Shown: positions 39,401-52,056 of the stretch, one piece after another | Numbering within the stretch: position 1 is the first letter of the stretch | Layout of the letters: every line of letters starts with the position of its first letter | Source: Macrostomum hystrix | Lineage: Eukaryota; Animalia; Platyhelminthes | DNA length: 64,000 bases | Reading direction: 5' to 3' | Assembly: GCA_950097015.1 (NCBI GenBank) | Contig: CATNEN010000003.1 | Coordinates: 14,136,001-14,200,000, forward strand | Notes under the pieces: model-generated | Told to the model about the DNA's origin: nothing | Database searches by the model: none | Seen by the model: the letters and a program-made list of their open reading frames with translations, nothing else | Made by a program: the position numbers and the translations under genes

Positions 39401-42400
39401 AATTAACAAGACTTGAAGGGTTTGACAGCTACGCGCGGCTGTTCAGTCCATGGACTGGGGGGGCGCCACATCCACCCTAAATTATCCCAGCTAATGCTGG
39501 TACCTATTGAACAGCTGTGTGAACTGAAGCAATGCAGAGCTAGGTGCCTTGTGCTCTAACAAAAATCGTCACGTAAAGTTTAAATGAATTAAAAGTTTCC
39601 GCTGTACTTTTAACGACTAGCCTGCTAAAATGGAACCCTGAATGAGAAATTGCCAGTATAATCAATCCGTTTTGCAAAGCCTTGAACTGAAAGTGAAAAA
39701 GAAATTTTGACCTCAAAGCTTGCCGAGAATTTGGCGGCAAATACATGCGAACGCACAGCTGATTCATAATCAATTCGAATTAGAATTTTGATAACAGCTC
39801 AACAAATAGCTTTAGTGCAGCTAAATGCTGCACTATCAAAGCTTATTGGAGACATGAACAGTTTTGGCCACATTTACAGTGATATAGCGCCATGCCTATT
39901 TGATATGCCCTGTTTTTTATTGAACATTTCTTGCGCATGACCTTGTTCTACTTGCGCTTACAGAGTTGGAGTGAGACCTGCTGGACATTGGCGATGGAAA
40001 CTGTGAGAGAGGGAGACTGTGAGAGAGGGAGACTGTGAGAGAGGGAGACTGTGAGAGAGGGAGACTGTGAGAGAGGGAGACTGTGAGAGAGGGAGTCTGT
40101 GAGAGAGGGAGACTGTGAGAGAGGGAGACTGTGAGAGAGGGAGACTGTGAGAGAGGGAGACTGTGAGAGAGGGAGACTGAGAGAGGGAGACTGTTAGAGT
40201 GGGAGACTGTGAGAGAGGGAGTCTGTGAGAGAGGGAGACTGTGAGAGAGGGAGACTGTGAGAGAGGGAGACTGTGAGAGAGGGAGACTGTGAGAGAGGGA
40301 GACTGTGAGAGAGGGAGACTGTGAGAGAGGGAGACTGTGAGAGAGGGAGACTGTGAGAGATGGAGAGTGTGAGAGAGGGAGAGACTGAGAGAGGGAGAGT
40401 GAGAGAGGGAGAGTGAGAGAGGGAGAGACTGAGAGAGGGAGAGTGAGAGAGGGAGAGTGAGAGAGGGAGAGTGAGAGAGGGAGAGTGAGAGAGAGGGAGA
40501 GTGAGCGAGTGAGAGTGTGAGAGAGGGAGAGTGAGAGAGAGGGAGAGTGAGAGAGGGAGAGTGAGAGAGGGAGAGTGAGAGAGAGGGAGAGTGAGAGAGG
40601 GAGAGACTGAGAGAGGGAGAGTGAGAGAGGGAGAGTGAGAGAGGGAGAGTGAGAGAGAGGGAGAGTGAGCGAGTGAGAGTGTGAGAGAGGGAGAGTGAGA
40701 GAGGGAGAGTGAGAGAGAGGGAGAGTGAGAGAGGGAGAGTGAGAGAGGGAGAGTGAGAGAGGGAGAGACTGAGAGAGGGAGAGTGAGAGAGGGAGAGTGA
40801 GAGAGAGGGAGAGTGAGAGAAGGAGAGTGAGAGAGAGGGAGAGACTGAGAGAGGGAGAGTGAGAGAGAGGGAGAGTGAGAGAGGGAGAGTGAGAGAGGGA
40901 GAGACTGAGAGAGGGAGAGTGAGAGAGGGAGAGTGAGAGAGGGAGAGTGAGAGAGGGAGAGTGAGAGAGGGAGAGTGAGAGAGGGAGAGTGAGAGAGGGA
41001 GAGTGAGAGAGGGAGAGACTGAGAGAGGGAGAGTGAGAGAGGGAGAGTGAGAGAGGGAGAGACTGAGAGAGGGAGAGTGAGAGAGGGAGAGTGAGAGAGG
41101 GAGAGTGAGAGAGAGGGAGAGTGAGAGAAGGAGAGTGTGAGAGAGGGAGAGTGTGAGAGAGGGGGAGTGAGAGAGAGGGAGAGTGAGAGAGAGGGAGAGT
41201 GAGAGAGGGAGAGTGAGAGAGGGAGAGTGAGAGAGGGAGAGTGAGAGAGAGGGAGAGTGAGAGAGAGGGAGAGAGAGAGAGAGGGAGAGAGAGAGAGGGA
41301 GAGTGAGAGAGGGAGAGTGAGAGAGGGAGAGTGAGAGAGGGAGAGTGAGAGAGGGAGAGTGAGAGAGGGAGAGTGAGAGAGGGAGAGTGAGAGAGAGGGA
41401 GAGTGAGAGAGAGGGAGAGAGAGAGAGAGGGAGAGAGAGAGAGGGAGAGTGAGAGAGGGAGAGTGAGAGAGGGAGAGTGAGAGAGAGGGAGAGTGAGAGA
41501 GGGAGAGACTGAGAGAGGGAGAGTGAGAGAGGGAGAGTGAGAGAGGGAGAGTGAGAGAGGGAGAGTGAGAGAGAGGGAGAGTGAGAGAGAGGGAGAGAGA
41601 GAGAGAGGGAGAGAGAGAGAGGGAGAGTGAGAGAGGGAGAGTGAGAGAGGGAGAGTGAGAGAGGGAGAGTGAGAGAGGGAGAGTGAGAGAGGGAGAGTGA
41701 GAGAGGGAGAGTGAGAGAGGGAGAGTGAGAGAGGGAGAGTGAGAGAGAGGGAGAGTGAGAGAGAGGGAGAGAGAGAGAGAGGGAGAGAGAGAGAGGGAGA
41801 GTGAGAGAGGGAGAGTGAGAGAGGGAGAGAGAGAGGGAGAGTGAGAGAGGGAGAGTGAGAGAGGGAGAGTGAGAGAGGGAGTGTGAGAGAGGGAGAGTGA
41901 GAGAGGGAGAGTGAGAGAGGGAGAGTGAGAGAGGGAGAGTGAGAGAGGGAGAGTGAGAGAGGGAGAGTGAGAGAGGGAGTGTGAGAGAGGGAGAGTGAGA
42001 GAGGGAGACTGTGAGAGAGGGAGACTGTGAGAGAGGGAGTCTGTGAGAGAGGGAGACTGTGAGAGAGGGAGACTGTGAGAGAGGGAGACTGTGAGAGAGG
42101 GAGACTGTGAGAGAGGGAGACTGTGAGAGAGGGAGACTGAGAGAGGGAGACTGTTAGAGTGGGAGACTGTGAGAGAGGGAGTCTGTGAGAGAGGGAGACT
42201 GTGAGAGAGGGAGACTGTGAGAGAGGGAGACTGTGAGAGAGGGAGACTGTGAGAGAGGGAGACTGTGAGAGAGGGAGACTGTGAGAGAGGGAGACTGTGA
42301 GAGAGGGAGACTGTGAGAGATGGAGAGTGTGAGAGAGGGAGAGACTGAGAGAGGGAGAGTGAGAGAGGGAGAGTGAGAGAGGGAGAGACTGAGAGAGGGA

Positions 42401-45400
42401 GAGTGAGAGAGGGAGAGTGAGAGAGGGAGAGTGAGAGAGGGAGAGTGAGAGAGAGGGAGAGTGAGCGAGTGAGAGTGTGAGAGAGGGAGAGTGAGAGAGA
42501 GGGAGAGTGAGAGAGGGAGAGTGAGAGAGGGAGAGTGAGAGAGAGGGAGAGTGAGAGAGGGAGAGACTGAGAGAGGGAGAGTGAGAGAGGGAGAGTGAGA
42601 GAGGGAGAGTGAGAGAGAGGGAGAGTGAGCGAGTGAGAGTGTGAGAGAGGGAGAGTGAGAGAGGGAGAGTGAGAGAGAGGGAGAGTGAGAGAGGGAGAGT
42701 GAGAGAGGGAGAGTGAGAGAGGGAGAGACTGAGAGAGGGAGAGTGAGAGAGGGAGAGTGAGAGAGAGGGAGAGTGAGAGAAGGAGAGTGAGAGAGAGGGA
42801 GAGACTGAGAGAGGGAGAGTGAGAGAGAGGGAGAGTGAGAGAGGGAGAGTGAGAGAGGGAGAGACTGAGAGAGGGAGAGTGAGAGAGGGAGAGTGAGAGA
42901 GGGAGAGTGAGAGAGGGAGAGTGAGAGAGGGAGAGTGAGAGAGGGAGAGTGAGAGAGGGAGAGTGAGAGAGGGAGAGACTGAGAGAGGGAGAGTGAGAGA
43001 GGGAGAGTGAGAGAGGGAGAGACTGAGAGAGGGAGAGTGAGAGAGGGAGAGTGAGAGAGGGAGAGTGAGAGAGAGGGAGAGTGAGAGAAGGAGAGTGTGA
43101 GAGAGGGAGAGTGTGAGAGAGGGGGAGTGAGAGAGAGGGAGAGTGAGAGAGAGGGAGAGTGAGAGAGGGAGAGTGAGAGAGGGAGAGTGAGAGAGGGAGA
43201 GTGAGAGAGAGGGAGAGTGAGAGAGAGGGAGAGAGAGAGAGAGGAGAGAGAGAGAGAGGGAGAGTGAGAGAGGGAGAGTGAGAGAGGGAGAGTGAGAGAG
43301 GGAGAGTGAGAGAGGGAGAGTGAGAGAGGGAGAGTGAGAGAGGGAGAGTGAGAGAGAGGGAGAGTGAGAGAGAGGGAGAGAGAGAGAGAGGGAGAGAGAG
43401 AGAGGGAGAGTGAGAGAGGGAGAGTGAGAGAGGGAGAGTGAGAGAGGGAGAGTGAGAGAGGGAGAGTGAGAGAGGGAGAGTGAGAGAGGGAGAGTGAGAG
43501 AGGGAGAGTGAGAGAGGGAGAGTGAGAGAGAGGGAGAGTGAGAGAGAGGGAGAGAGAGAGAGAGGGAGAGAGAGAGAGGGAGAGTGAGAGAGGGAGAGTG
43601 AGAGAGGGAGAGTGAGAGAGGGAGAGTGAGAGAGGGAGAGTGAGAGAGGGAGAGTGAGAGAGGGAGAGTGAGAGAGGGAGAGTGAGAGAGGGAGAGTGAG
43701 AGAGAGGGAGAGTGAGAGAGAGGGAGAGAGAGAGAGAGGGAGAGAGAGAGAGGGAGAGTGAGAGAGGGAGAGTGAGAGAGGGAGAGAGAGAGGGAGAGTG
43801 AGAGAGGGAGAGTGAGAGAGGGAGAGTGAGAGAGGGAGTGTGAGAGAGGGAGAGTGAGAGAGGGAGAGTGAGAGAGGGAGAGTGAGAGAGGGAGAGTGAG
43901 AGAGGGAGAGTGAGAGAGGGAGAGTGAGAGAGGGAGTGTGAGAGAGGGAGAGTGAGAGAGGGAGAGTGTGAGAGATTAGGCAACAAAGCGTTCATTTAAG
44001 ACAGATATTTTCTAAATTATTCTAATCGAACGAAAATTGTAACGTTGTAACGAATCGTACCAAAAAATTGTTCAATAAAAAATTTTGTCTTGTTAGCAAC
44101 AGTGCCAGCTAATTTTCGCTTGAGCCCATCATTGTAATCCTACCCGTGTCTTCATGGCCACACCAACTTGAGCAAAAAATTTGTGAACAATAAAAATGCG
44201 ATAAAAAAGGCAATATAAAGTGCTAAACTTGCTTTCATTTGCACATCGTAAAGTCTCAGGTAATACTAATATTAAATTATTCGGCTTGTAATTGCCAATC
44301 TCATTTTTCCTTTACAATCTGCTTTCAAATTTATTCTCGATTAAAATTTGTCTGGATGTCAGGAGCCCAGTCGCCTTGGCAACTGGGCTAATTATACTAG
44401 ACTGAGTACCTGTTTTAGAGGCTTCAGGAGTGAGCAACAAAAGATCTCGAACTCATAAAACTTTATTTTAACTCGAGGCTGAAAATGATATATAGCCATT
44501 CAGGTTTAGAAATTTGGCACCTCCAGTTGAGATTTCGGAAAAATCTTGCGATATTGAATGGAGATCCAGTGGTGATCTAGTGGAGATCTAGCCTAGAGTC
44601 TATCGGAGATCTAGCTTATAATCTATCGGAGATCTAGCTTAGAATCTATCGGAGATCTAGCTTAGAATCTATCGGAGATCTAGCCTAGAATCCATCGGAG
44701 ATCTAGCTTATAATCTATCGGAGATCTAGCTTAGAATCTATCGGAGATCTAGCCTAGAATCCATCGGAGATCTAGCTTATAATCTATCGGAGATCTAGCT
44801 TATAATCTATCGGAGATCTAGCTTAGAATCTATCGGAGATCTAGCCTAGAATCTATCGGAGATCTAGCTTATAATCTATCGGAGATCTAGCCTAGAATCT
44901 ATCGGAGATCTAGCTTATAATCTATCGGAGATCTAGCTTAGAATCTATCGGAGATCTAGCCTAGAATCTATCGGAGATCTAGCTTAGAATCTATCGGAGA
45001 TCTAGCCTAGAATCCATCGGAGATCTAGCTTATAATCTATCGGAGATCTAGCTTATAATCTATCGGATATCTAGCTTATAATCTATCGGAGATCTAATTT
45101 AAACAAAAAGTAGTCAAAAATAAATAGTGATGTTATAAAACGGTGAAATTGTGAAAGCAAATAGACAGTCATTTAAAAGGCAAGCAGGTTGCCATTCTAA
45201 ATTATTTTCGTTGGCCTGACCTTTCTTTTAAGAAACTGAAAAAAATTATTTAGATTTCAACTGAACTGAAAGAAAAAAAACGCTGCCAAATTAAAAATCC
45301 AGGCGTTATACATTGTGCTCTTTTTCTGAAAGGAATTAGTTTAAATAGACAAAACATTTGTCTTGACAAAGTAAGACAAGGGACTTGACCAGACTTAAAA

Positions 45401-48400
45401 AAATGAGAAGTTAGCAATCTCTGAGACTAGAGAGACAATATCTGCTTCTATTTATCTAAGCGTACAGCTCTGACACCTAAACACATTGTACACCTTGTAC
45501 ACCTTGTACACCTTGTACACCTTGTACACCTTGTACAGAAAGTGTAATTTGAGAATTGAGATTCTAATAATTATCCATTGAAGTCTAGCTTGTAGTTAAA
45601 GTTGTCTGAAGTTGCCCACTTGACCATGGTCTAAACTAGACGTTCATTCTCTTACTTCACTAAATATGTGTCTTTCTGTCTTTCTGTCTTCTGTCTTTCT
45701 AGGTGTGTTCAAATATTGCGAGAGAAAAAAACACAAAACTTATTATTTTTTGAGCAAGAGGTAGACCTGTGCTCAGAGTTGAGTGCGTTTACATATTAGA
45801 CTGATAGTTTGAGCAAGACTTGGCTAGGTGTTAGTAGCAAGACAAGACAGCAATCTCATCTGCCATCTCCCAATCTCTCCTCTCTGCTCTGTTCTAATAT
45901 TCTCTATACTTTCTGAATAGATGTGAATGAAATAAGCAAGCGACAAAAAACATATTTAATTTTTTTAGGTATAACATTATTTTTAACCGTTGTCCATACA
46001 TTTCACTCCGTTTTTAACACGTTCTAAATCTTTTAACATTCTAACACTGACATATACTTCCTCGATCTACTTTATCTACCCTCTGTCCACTTAATCTACC
46101 CTCTATCTACTTTATCTACCCTCTATCTACTTTATCTACCCTCTATCTACTTTATCTACCCTCTCTCTACTTTATCTACCCTCTTTCTACTTTATATACC
46201 CTCTATCTACTTTATCTACCCTCTATCTACTTTATCTACCCTCTCTCTACTTTATATACCCTCTATCTACTTTATCTACCCTCTATCTACTTTATCTACA
46301 CTCTCTCTACTTAATCTACCCTCTCTCTACTTTATCTACCCTCTCTCTACTTTATCTACCCTCTATATACTGTATCTACCCTCTATCTACTTTATTTACC
46401 CTCTATCTACTTTATCTACCCTCTATCTACTTAATCTACCCCCTTTCTCTACTTTATCTACCCTCTCTCTACTTTATCTACCCTCTATCTACTTTTTCTA
46501 CCCTCTCTCTACTTAATCTACCCTCTCTCTACTTTATCTACCTCTCTCTACTTTATCTACCCTCTATATACTTTATCTACCCTCTATCTACTTTATCTAC
46601 CCTCTCTCTACTTTATCTACCCTCTCTCTACTTTATCTACCCTCTCTCTACTTTATATACCCTCTCTCTACTTTATCTACCCTCTCTCTACTTTATCTAC
46701 CCTCTTTCTACTTTATATACCCTCTATCTACTTTATCTACCCTCTATCTACTTTATCTACCCTCTCTCTACTTTATCTACCCTCTCTCTACTTTATCTAC
46801 CCTCTCTCTACTTTATATACCCTCTCTCTACTTTATCTACCCTCTATCTACTTTATCTACCCTCTATCTACTTTATCTACCCTCTATCTACTTTATCTAC
46901 CCTCTATCTACTTTATCTACACTCTCTCTACTTAATCTACCCTCTCTCTACTTTATCTACCCTCTCTCTACTTTATCTACCCTCTATATACTGTATCTAC
47001 CCTCTATCTACTTTATCTACCATCTCTCTACTTAATCTACCCCCTTTCTCTACTTTATCTACCCTCTCTCTACTTAATCTACCCCCTTTCTCTACTTTAT
47101 CTACCCTCTGTCCACTTAATCTACCCACTATCTACTTTTTTTACTCTCTATCTACTTCATCTACCCCCTTTCTCTACTTTATCTACCCTCTCTCTACTTA
47201 ATCTACCCCCTTTCTCTACTTTATCTACCCTCTATCTACTTTATCTACCCTCTATCTACTTTTTCTACCCTCTCTCTACTTAATCTACCCTCTCTCTACT
47301 TTATCTACCTCTCTCTACTTTATCTACCCTCTATATACTTTATCTACCCTCTATCTACTTTATTTACCCTCTATCTACTTTATCTACCCTCTCTCTACTT
47401 AATCTACCCCCTTTCTCTACTTTATCTACCCTCTCTCTACTTAATCTACCCCCTTTCTCTACTTTATCTACCCTCTCTCTACTTAATCTACCCCCTTTCT
47501 CTACTTTATCTACCCTCTCTCTACTTAATCTACCCCCTTTCTCTACTTTATTTACCCTCTATCTACTTTATCTACTTTATCTACCCTCTCTCTACTTTAT
47601 CTACCCTCTCTCTACTTTATCTACCCTCTATCTACTTTATCTACCCTCTATCTACTTTATCTACCCTCTATCTACTTTATCTACCCTCTATCTACTTTAT
47701 CTACCCTCTATCTACTTTATCTACACTCTCTCTACTTAATCTACCCTCTATCTACTTTATCTACCCTCTATCTACTTTATCTACCCTCTCTCTACTTTCT
47801 CTACTTCATCAAACCGTCCACCCAATGGTGCCTGACAACAAGGACGGCAGTAAACTCTGCAAGTAAAATGTACCAAATGTAGTGTAACCAGATTCATTTA
47901 GAAATGGAAACTCGTGATTGAACAGAAGTAATAAAAGTAAGCTTACAAAATAATGTAAGTTTTCTTGGAATTATGTGATAACTTTTGTTATTTTAAGCAG
48001 TGCTCATGACCCTCGATTCCAAAAACGAAATTGACTTTCTTCAAACGCAGATGGCTATAAATATGCATGAATGTTTTGTTATAAACTTTGCTAGACTTGT
48101 TTTTAAAGAAACCTGACCCTTTCTACCGTCTACCGTCTAATCGTTAACGAACCAGTTAGCTGTATTTGGGTCAGAGTCAAACAATCCTTGTGTTACTTTT
48201 CTTTTGATGTTTCCGCATAGGAACACACATGTAAACACAAACACATTTTCCCCAATTTTATTTTAATACTCTTTTTAGACACCGGAAAACTGATTTTTCT
48301 AGTACATTAACTTGTCTTTTTTCATTTTTCATTCCTCATTTTTAGTGTCCGGCAGATAGGAAAAGAAAAAGATGATTCTCAACCCATCGTTTTCTCCCCT

Positions 48401-51400
48401 ACTTGCTTTTTATCAATCTTGTTCTATCTCCCCTCTTGAGTTCTCTTCCGTTATCTCATCTCCTTTCCCCCCCCCCACAAATTTTCTTCCCTCGTCCTTT
48501 TCTTTTTTATGAACAGATTTCAGATCCCAAACGCAGACAAACTAAACTAAAATGTGTACCTTGAACGGACTTCGCCGCTAACATACGACTTATGTTGATG
48601 TCCACAAACAGACGAATTTCCCCTATAGAACTATTGGTAACCGATTGCAAGAAAAGCTACCAAAGTACAGGGACCAGTACCGTCTCTATCTGATTTTTTA
48701 AAGCATTTTTTGTAAAAAATTTTCTTTACCGAATATTTGCCAGTGTCCTGTAGCCGAAACACAACCGAAGTTTGCAAATTTATCCTAAAAAACACACTAC
48801 CCTGGCATCCAAAATGTAATTTTTTTACCTTAATTAGTTAAAAGGGCAACCAATGCACAGCACACCATCCATTACATGCATGACCATACGTCACTCTATT
48901 CTATCTGTCACTCTATTCTATCTGTAACTCTATTCTATCGGTCACTCTATTCTATCTGTAACTCTATTCTATCTGTCACTCTATTCTATCTGTAACTCTA
49001 TTCTATCGGTCACTCTATTCTATCGGTCACTCGATTCTATCGGTCACTCTATTCTATCTGTCACTCTACTCTATCTGTCACTCTATTCTATCTGTAACTC
49101 TATTCTATCGGTCACTCTATTCTATCTGTCACTCTATTCTATCGGTCACTCTATTCTATCGGTAACTCTATTCTATCTGTCACTCCATTCTATCTGTCAC
49201 TCCATTCAATCTGTCACTCTATCCTATCTGTCACTCTATTCTATCTGTAACTCTATTCTATCTGTCACTCTATTCTATCTGTCACTATATTCTATCGGTC
49301 ACTCTATTCTATCTGTCACTCTATTCTATCTGTCACTCTATTCTATCTGTAACTCTATTCTATCTGTCACTCTATTCTATCTGTCACTCTATTCTATCTG
49401 TAACTCTATTCTATCGGTCACTCTATTCTATCTGTCACTCTATTCTATCTGTAACTCTATTCTATCGGTCACTCTATTCTATCTGTCACTCTATTCTATC
49501 TGTAACTCTATTCTATCGGTCACTCTATTCTATCGGTCACTCTATCCTATCTGTCACTCTATTCTATCGGTCACTCCATTCTATCTGTCACTCTATTCTA
49601 TCGGTCACTCTATTTTATCTGTCACTCTATTCTATCGGTCACTCTATTCAATCTGTCACTCCATTCTATCTGTCACTCTATTCTATCTGTCACTCCATTC
49701 ATCTGTCACTCTATTCTATCTGTCACTCCATTCATCTGTCACTCTATTCTATCTGTCACTCCATTCATCTGTCACTCTATTCTATCTGTCACTCTATTCA
49801 TCTGTCACTCTATTTAGGGAGGGTTCTATCTGTCACTTTTGCACAATGCGTCACTGTCAAGACACCCTTGCATGAATGCATTTGTCATTAAAAATGAATT
49901 TTTCAATTTTGGTCTCTAAGAAATGAGTCATGTTAGGACACGGGACAGTTAAAAGTGTCCTTTCTTGAATGTGGAGGCGGCACCGGGTAGCACAAAAACT
50001 GAAAACGGTCCTTGGCGACTGGCAAATATCAGGTAGAAAGTCAGTTGCTTGGGAGAACAGAGAAATGTGAATTTTGTAGGTCGCAGCGGCGCCCAATCCA
50101 AGAACAGACAATGTCCCAGATTTACAGTCAAACTGCCTGTGTCAGGAGCTTGACTTCAAAGGCGCTACCCCGCCACAGAAGCTTAGTAACCAGGCAAAAT
50201 ATAATTTTAAGGCTCTCTTTGCCCTTCATCCTCGACCCCACAGCCGCGAGAATAAACTTCCCTAAACCGCCAGTACGAAGCTGGGACTTTACTTAGTTAC
50301 ATAAACAAATGTCTGCTTTATAATTAATCGGTGTATACCTCATACCTAAACAGGCCGTATGTATACTTGAAGACTCCTTTTGTACCATTTGCAGCTTTGC
50401 TTAGCTAATTATGCAAACAGCTCCCTCAAATACCTTAACCCATTTCTCTTCTCTCCTCTGTCTCATCTCTCCCGTGTCTCATCTCTCCCGTGTCTCATCT
50501 CTCCCGGGTCTCATCTCTCCCGTGTCTCATCTCTCCCGGGTCTAATCTCCCCTGTCTCATCTCTCCCGTATCTCATCTCTGCCGTGTCTAATCTCCCCTG
50601 TCTCATCTCTCCCGTATCTCATCTCTCCCGTGCCTAATCTCCCCTGTCTCATCTCTCCCGTGTCTAATCTCCCCTGTCTCATCTCTCCCCCGTCTCATCT
50701 CTCCCGCATCTTATCTCTCCCGTATCTCATCTCTCCCCTGTCTCATCTCTCTCCTGTCTCATCTCTCCCGCATCTCATCTCTCCCGCATCTCATCTCTCC
50801 CCTGTCTCATCTCTCCCCTGTCTCATCTCTCCCCTGTCTCATCTCCCCCTCAATATATATATTATATATATTATATTATCCCCTGTCTCATCTCACCCCT
50901 GTCTCATCTCTCCCGTGTCTCATCTCTCCCATGTCTCATCTCTCCCGTATCTCATCTCTCCCCTGTCTCATCTCTCTCCTGTCTCATCTCTCTCCTGTCT
51001 CATCTCACCCCTGTCTCATCTCTCCCGTGTCTCATCTCTCCCATGTCTCATCTCTCCCCTGTCTCATCTCTCCCCTGTCTCATCTCTCTCCTGTCTCATC
51101 TCTCCCCTGTCTCATCTCCCCCTCGCAGCAGAAGAATTGCTGAGCGCATTGAAATTCAGCTCACCATTCGCTGGTACATGTGCCACCCGGGCCAGGGCTC
51201 CGAGTTCGTTACGTTCGTTGATCTCGAGAAGTATGCTTTTGGCTTTAAACACCAATTCTAGCACTTCGGTCCTGCCTTTGCTGCTGCCGATGGCAACAAC
51301 TGACGCACTGCGTCTATACTTGGACACTGGCACAATGAGCAACTGCTCGAGACTGGCCTGAGTAGTGACTGGAAGTGACTCCACTTTAGGGCATTGATTT

Positions 51401-51450
51401 AGCTGAACTAAAATAAGCAGAACTGCTGCTAGCTGAAGGTATCCGTGCAT
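36379..51450 (-). CDS. FGF: Spliced FGF-family ligand gene (FGF8/17/18-like core, signal peptide, long C-terminal extension, about 600 aa); model join(51450-51165,38696-38533,38102-37188,36868-36486,36448-36379)
   Basis: FGF motifs are FLIRGHFNHRYICMNSQGLV (cf. FGF8 [20 protein letters not shown]), EDCLW, and WYLGFRPSDYRPARG...RRVQF (cf. WYMAFTRKGRPRKG...REVHF). All introns are GT-AG with compatible phases (1,0,0,2). The first two introns fall at the conserved FGF phase-1 and phase-0 positions. Confidence 0.85.
36486..36868 (-). CDS. FGF: FGF exon 4
   Basis: Acceptor ttttctcactgcatccaccgcag|CCT CAG ATT, phase 0, in frame with ORF 36428..36841, GC-rich coding-like composition. It ends either at donor AA|gtacgc (36485) or reads through to the stop at 36428. 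Confidence 0.75.
37188..38102 (-). CDS. FGF: FGF exon 3 (end of FGF core plus basic/helical extension)
   Basis: Acceptor tgccag|GTG AAG; 915 nt = 305 codons; contains EDCLW and WYLGF; donor CAG|gtaaga at 37187. Confidence 0.9.
38152..38400 (+). repeat. 16-bp minisatellite TGATGAAA(C/T)TGGTTCA in FGF intron 2
   Basis: About 15 copies. Confidence 0.95.
38533..38696 (-). CDS. FGF: FGF exon 2
   Basis: Acceptor ttgcag|CA ATG; encodes MDIYQ...FLIRGHFNHRYICMNSQGLVHTV; donor GTG|gtgaga at 38532 (phase 0). Confidence 0.9.
39427..39553 (-). mobile_element. SINE family 1 fragment in FGF intron 1
   Basis: GGCTGTTCAGTCCATGGACTGGGGG...CCCAGCTAATGCTGGTACC...GAACTGAAGCAATGCAGAG shared with the other copies. 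Confidence 0.75.
40000..43975 (+). repeat. 4-kb GA-rich array (GAGAGGGAGAGTGA / GAGAGGGAGACTGTGA) in FGF intron 1
   Basis: 14-16-bp units; rare variants recur at a 1960-bp offset. Confidence 0.97.
44570..45096 (+). repeat. 23-bp minisatellite TCGGAGATCTAGCTTAGAATCTA
   Basis: About 22 copies. Confidence 0.95.
45486..45537 (+). repeat. (TTGTACACC)n
   Basis: About 6 copies. Confidence 0.9.
46063..47806 (+). repeat. 20-bp minisatellite CTCT(A/C)TCTACTTTATCTACC
   Basis: About 85 copies. Confidence 0.96.
48890..49812 (+). repeat. 17-bp minisatellite TCACTCTATTCTATCTG
   Basis: Direct reading; sister array at 54805-55330. Confidence 0.96.
50445..51122 (+). repeat. 16-bp family array at the start of intron 1 (copy A)
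   Basis: CTCATCTCTCCC(C/G)TGT on the plus strand. Confidence 0.95.
51165..51450 (-). CDS. FGF: FGF exon 1, proximal copy (1A): signal peptide, dibasic site, first beta-strands
   Basis: ATG at 51450; hydrophobic LQLAAVLLILVQL followed by VES|LP; KYRR|SA. The donor AAT G|gtgagc at 51164 is phase 1 and matches the phase-1 acceptor at 38697, giving ...VPAN-A-MDIYQ. Confidence 0.8.
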
Positions 51451-51500
51451 TGCTATGGGCTAATCAATTTCAAATATTTTCTAGAGACTAAAAGTACCTT

Positions 51501-51685
51501 ATTATATATAGGACGCAGAATTTCGAAAGCTGCAGATAAAAAGACGATGAAATCCTAAGCTAGTCAAAAGTCGCATTTACCGATTCTGTTGGTCGAAAGA
51601 GTCACACTGCCTTCTTGCACTTGCTTTTTAAAAGCTCTCCGTCGCTGGAGAGAGACAATTTTTGCTCGCTTCTCATTGGCTGAGA
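51501..51685 (-). promoter_or_regulatory. Putative promoter of exon 1A
   Basis: Minus-strand AGCCAAT near 51675-51681, TTTTAAAAA near 51626-51634 and TATATATAA at 51502-51510. The CCAAT and TTTAAAA motifs are conserved in the duplicate (about 57811-57818 and 57762-57770). Confidence 0.35.
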
Positions 51686-52056
51686 AGTAGCTCCTGACTT
51701 TACTAGTCTCTAGTAAATTGGTCTTTAGTGCCTACTAAAAGTAATAAAATTAGTTAACCACGGAGAGGAACCAAAAGAAGAAAGCTGAAGGAGGTGACGA
51801 CAGTGTCTCAGATTCCGTGTGTCAAGCATAAGCCAGTCAAATTTGGGCGCAATTATTTAAGATGGTAGAAAAATCTTAGCGCAGCAAAAAGCTGTAAGAA
51901 TTTCCAAAAATAGCATCTGACGACAGGAATCCACCGCGGCGACATGTACATTCAACTGTCCTTACTTTCCTCACTGGGACTGCATTATCTGGTCTGGACC
52001 AGGGCGTCACAAAATTGTCTGCTTTGCGTGCCGGATATTGACATGTGATCATATGC

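Noticed and set aside
42154-43995. 613-aa Ser/Leu-rich ORF on the FGF strand
   Set aside because: It is a translation of the GA/CT array inside intron 1.
49857-50296. Short ORFs duplicated at 55374-55706
   Set aside because: No recognisable motif, non-ATG or differing starts; conserved only because of the segmental duplication.
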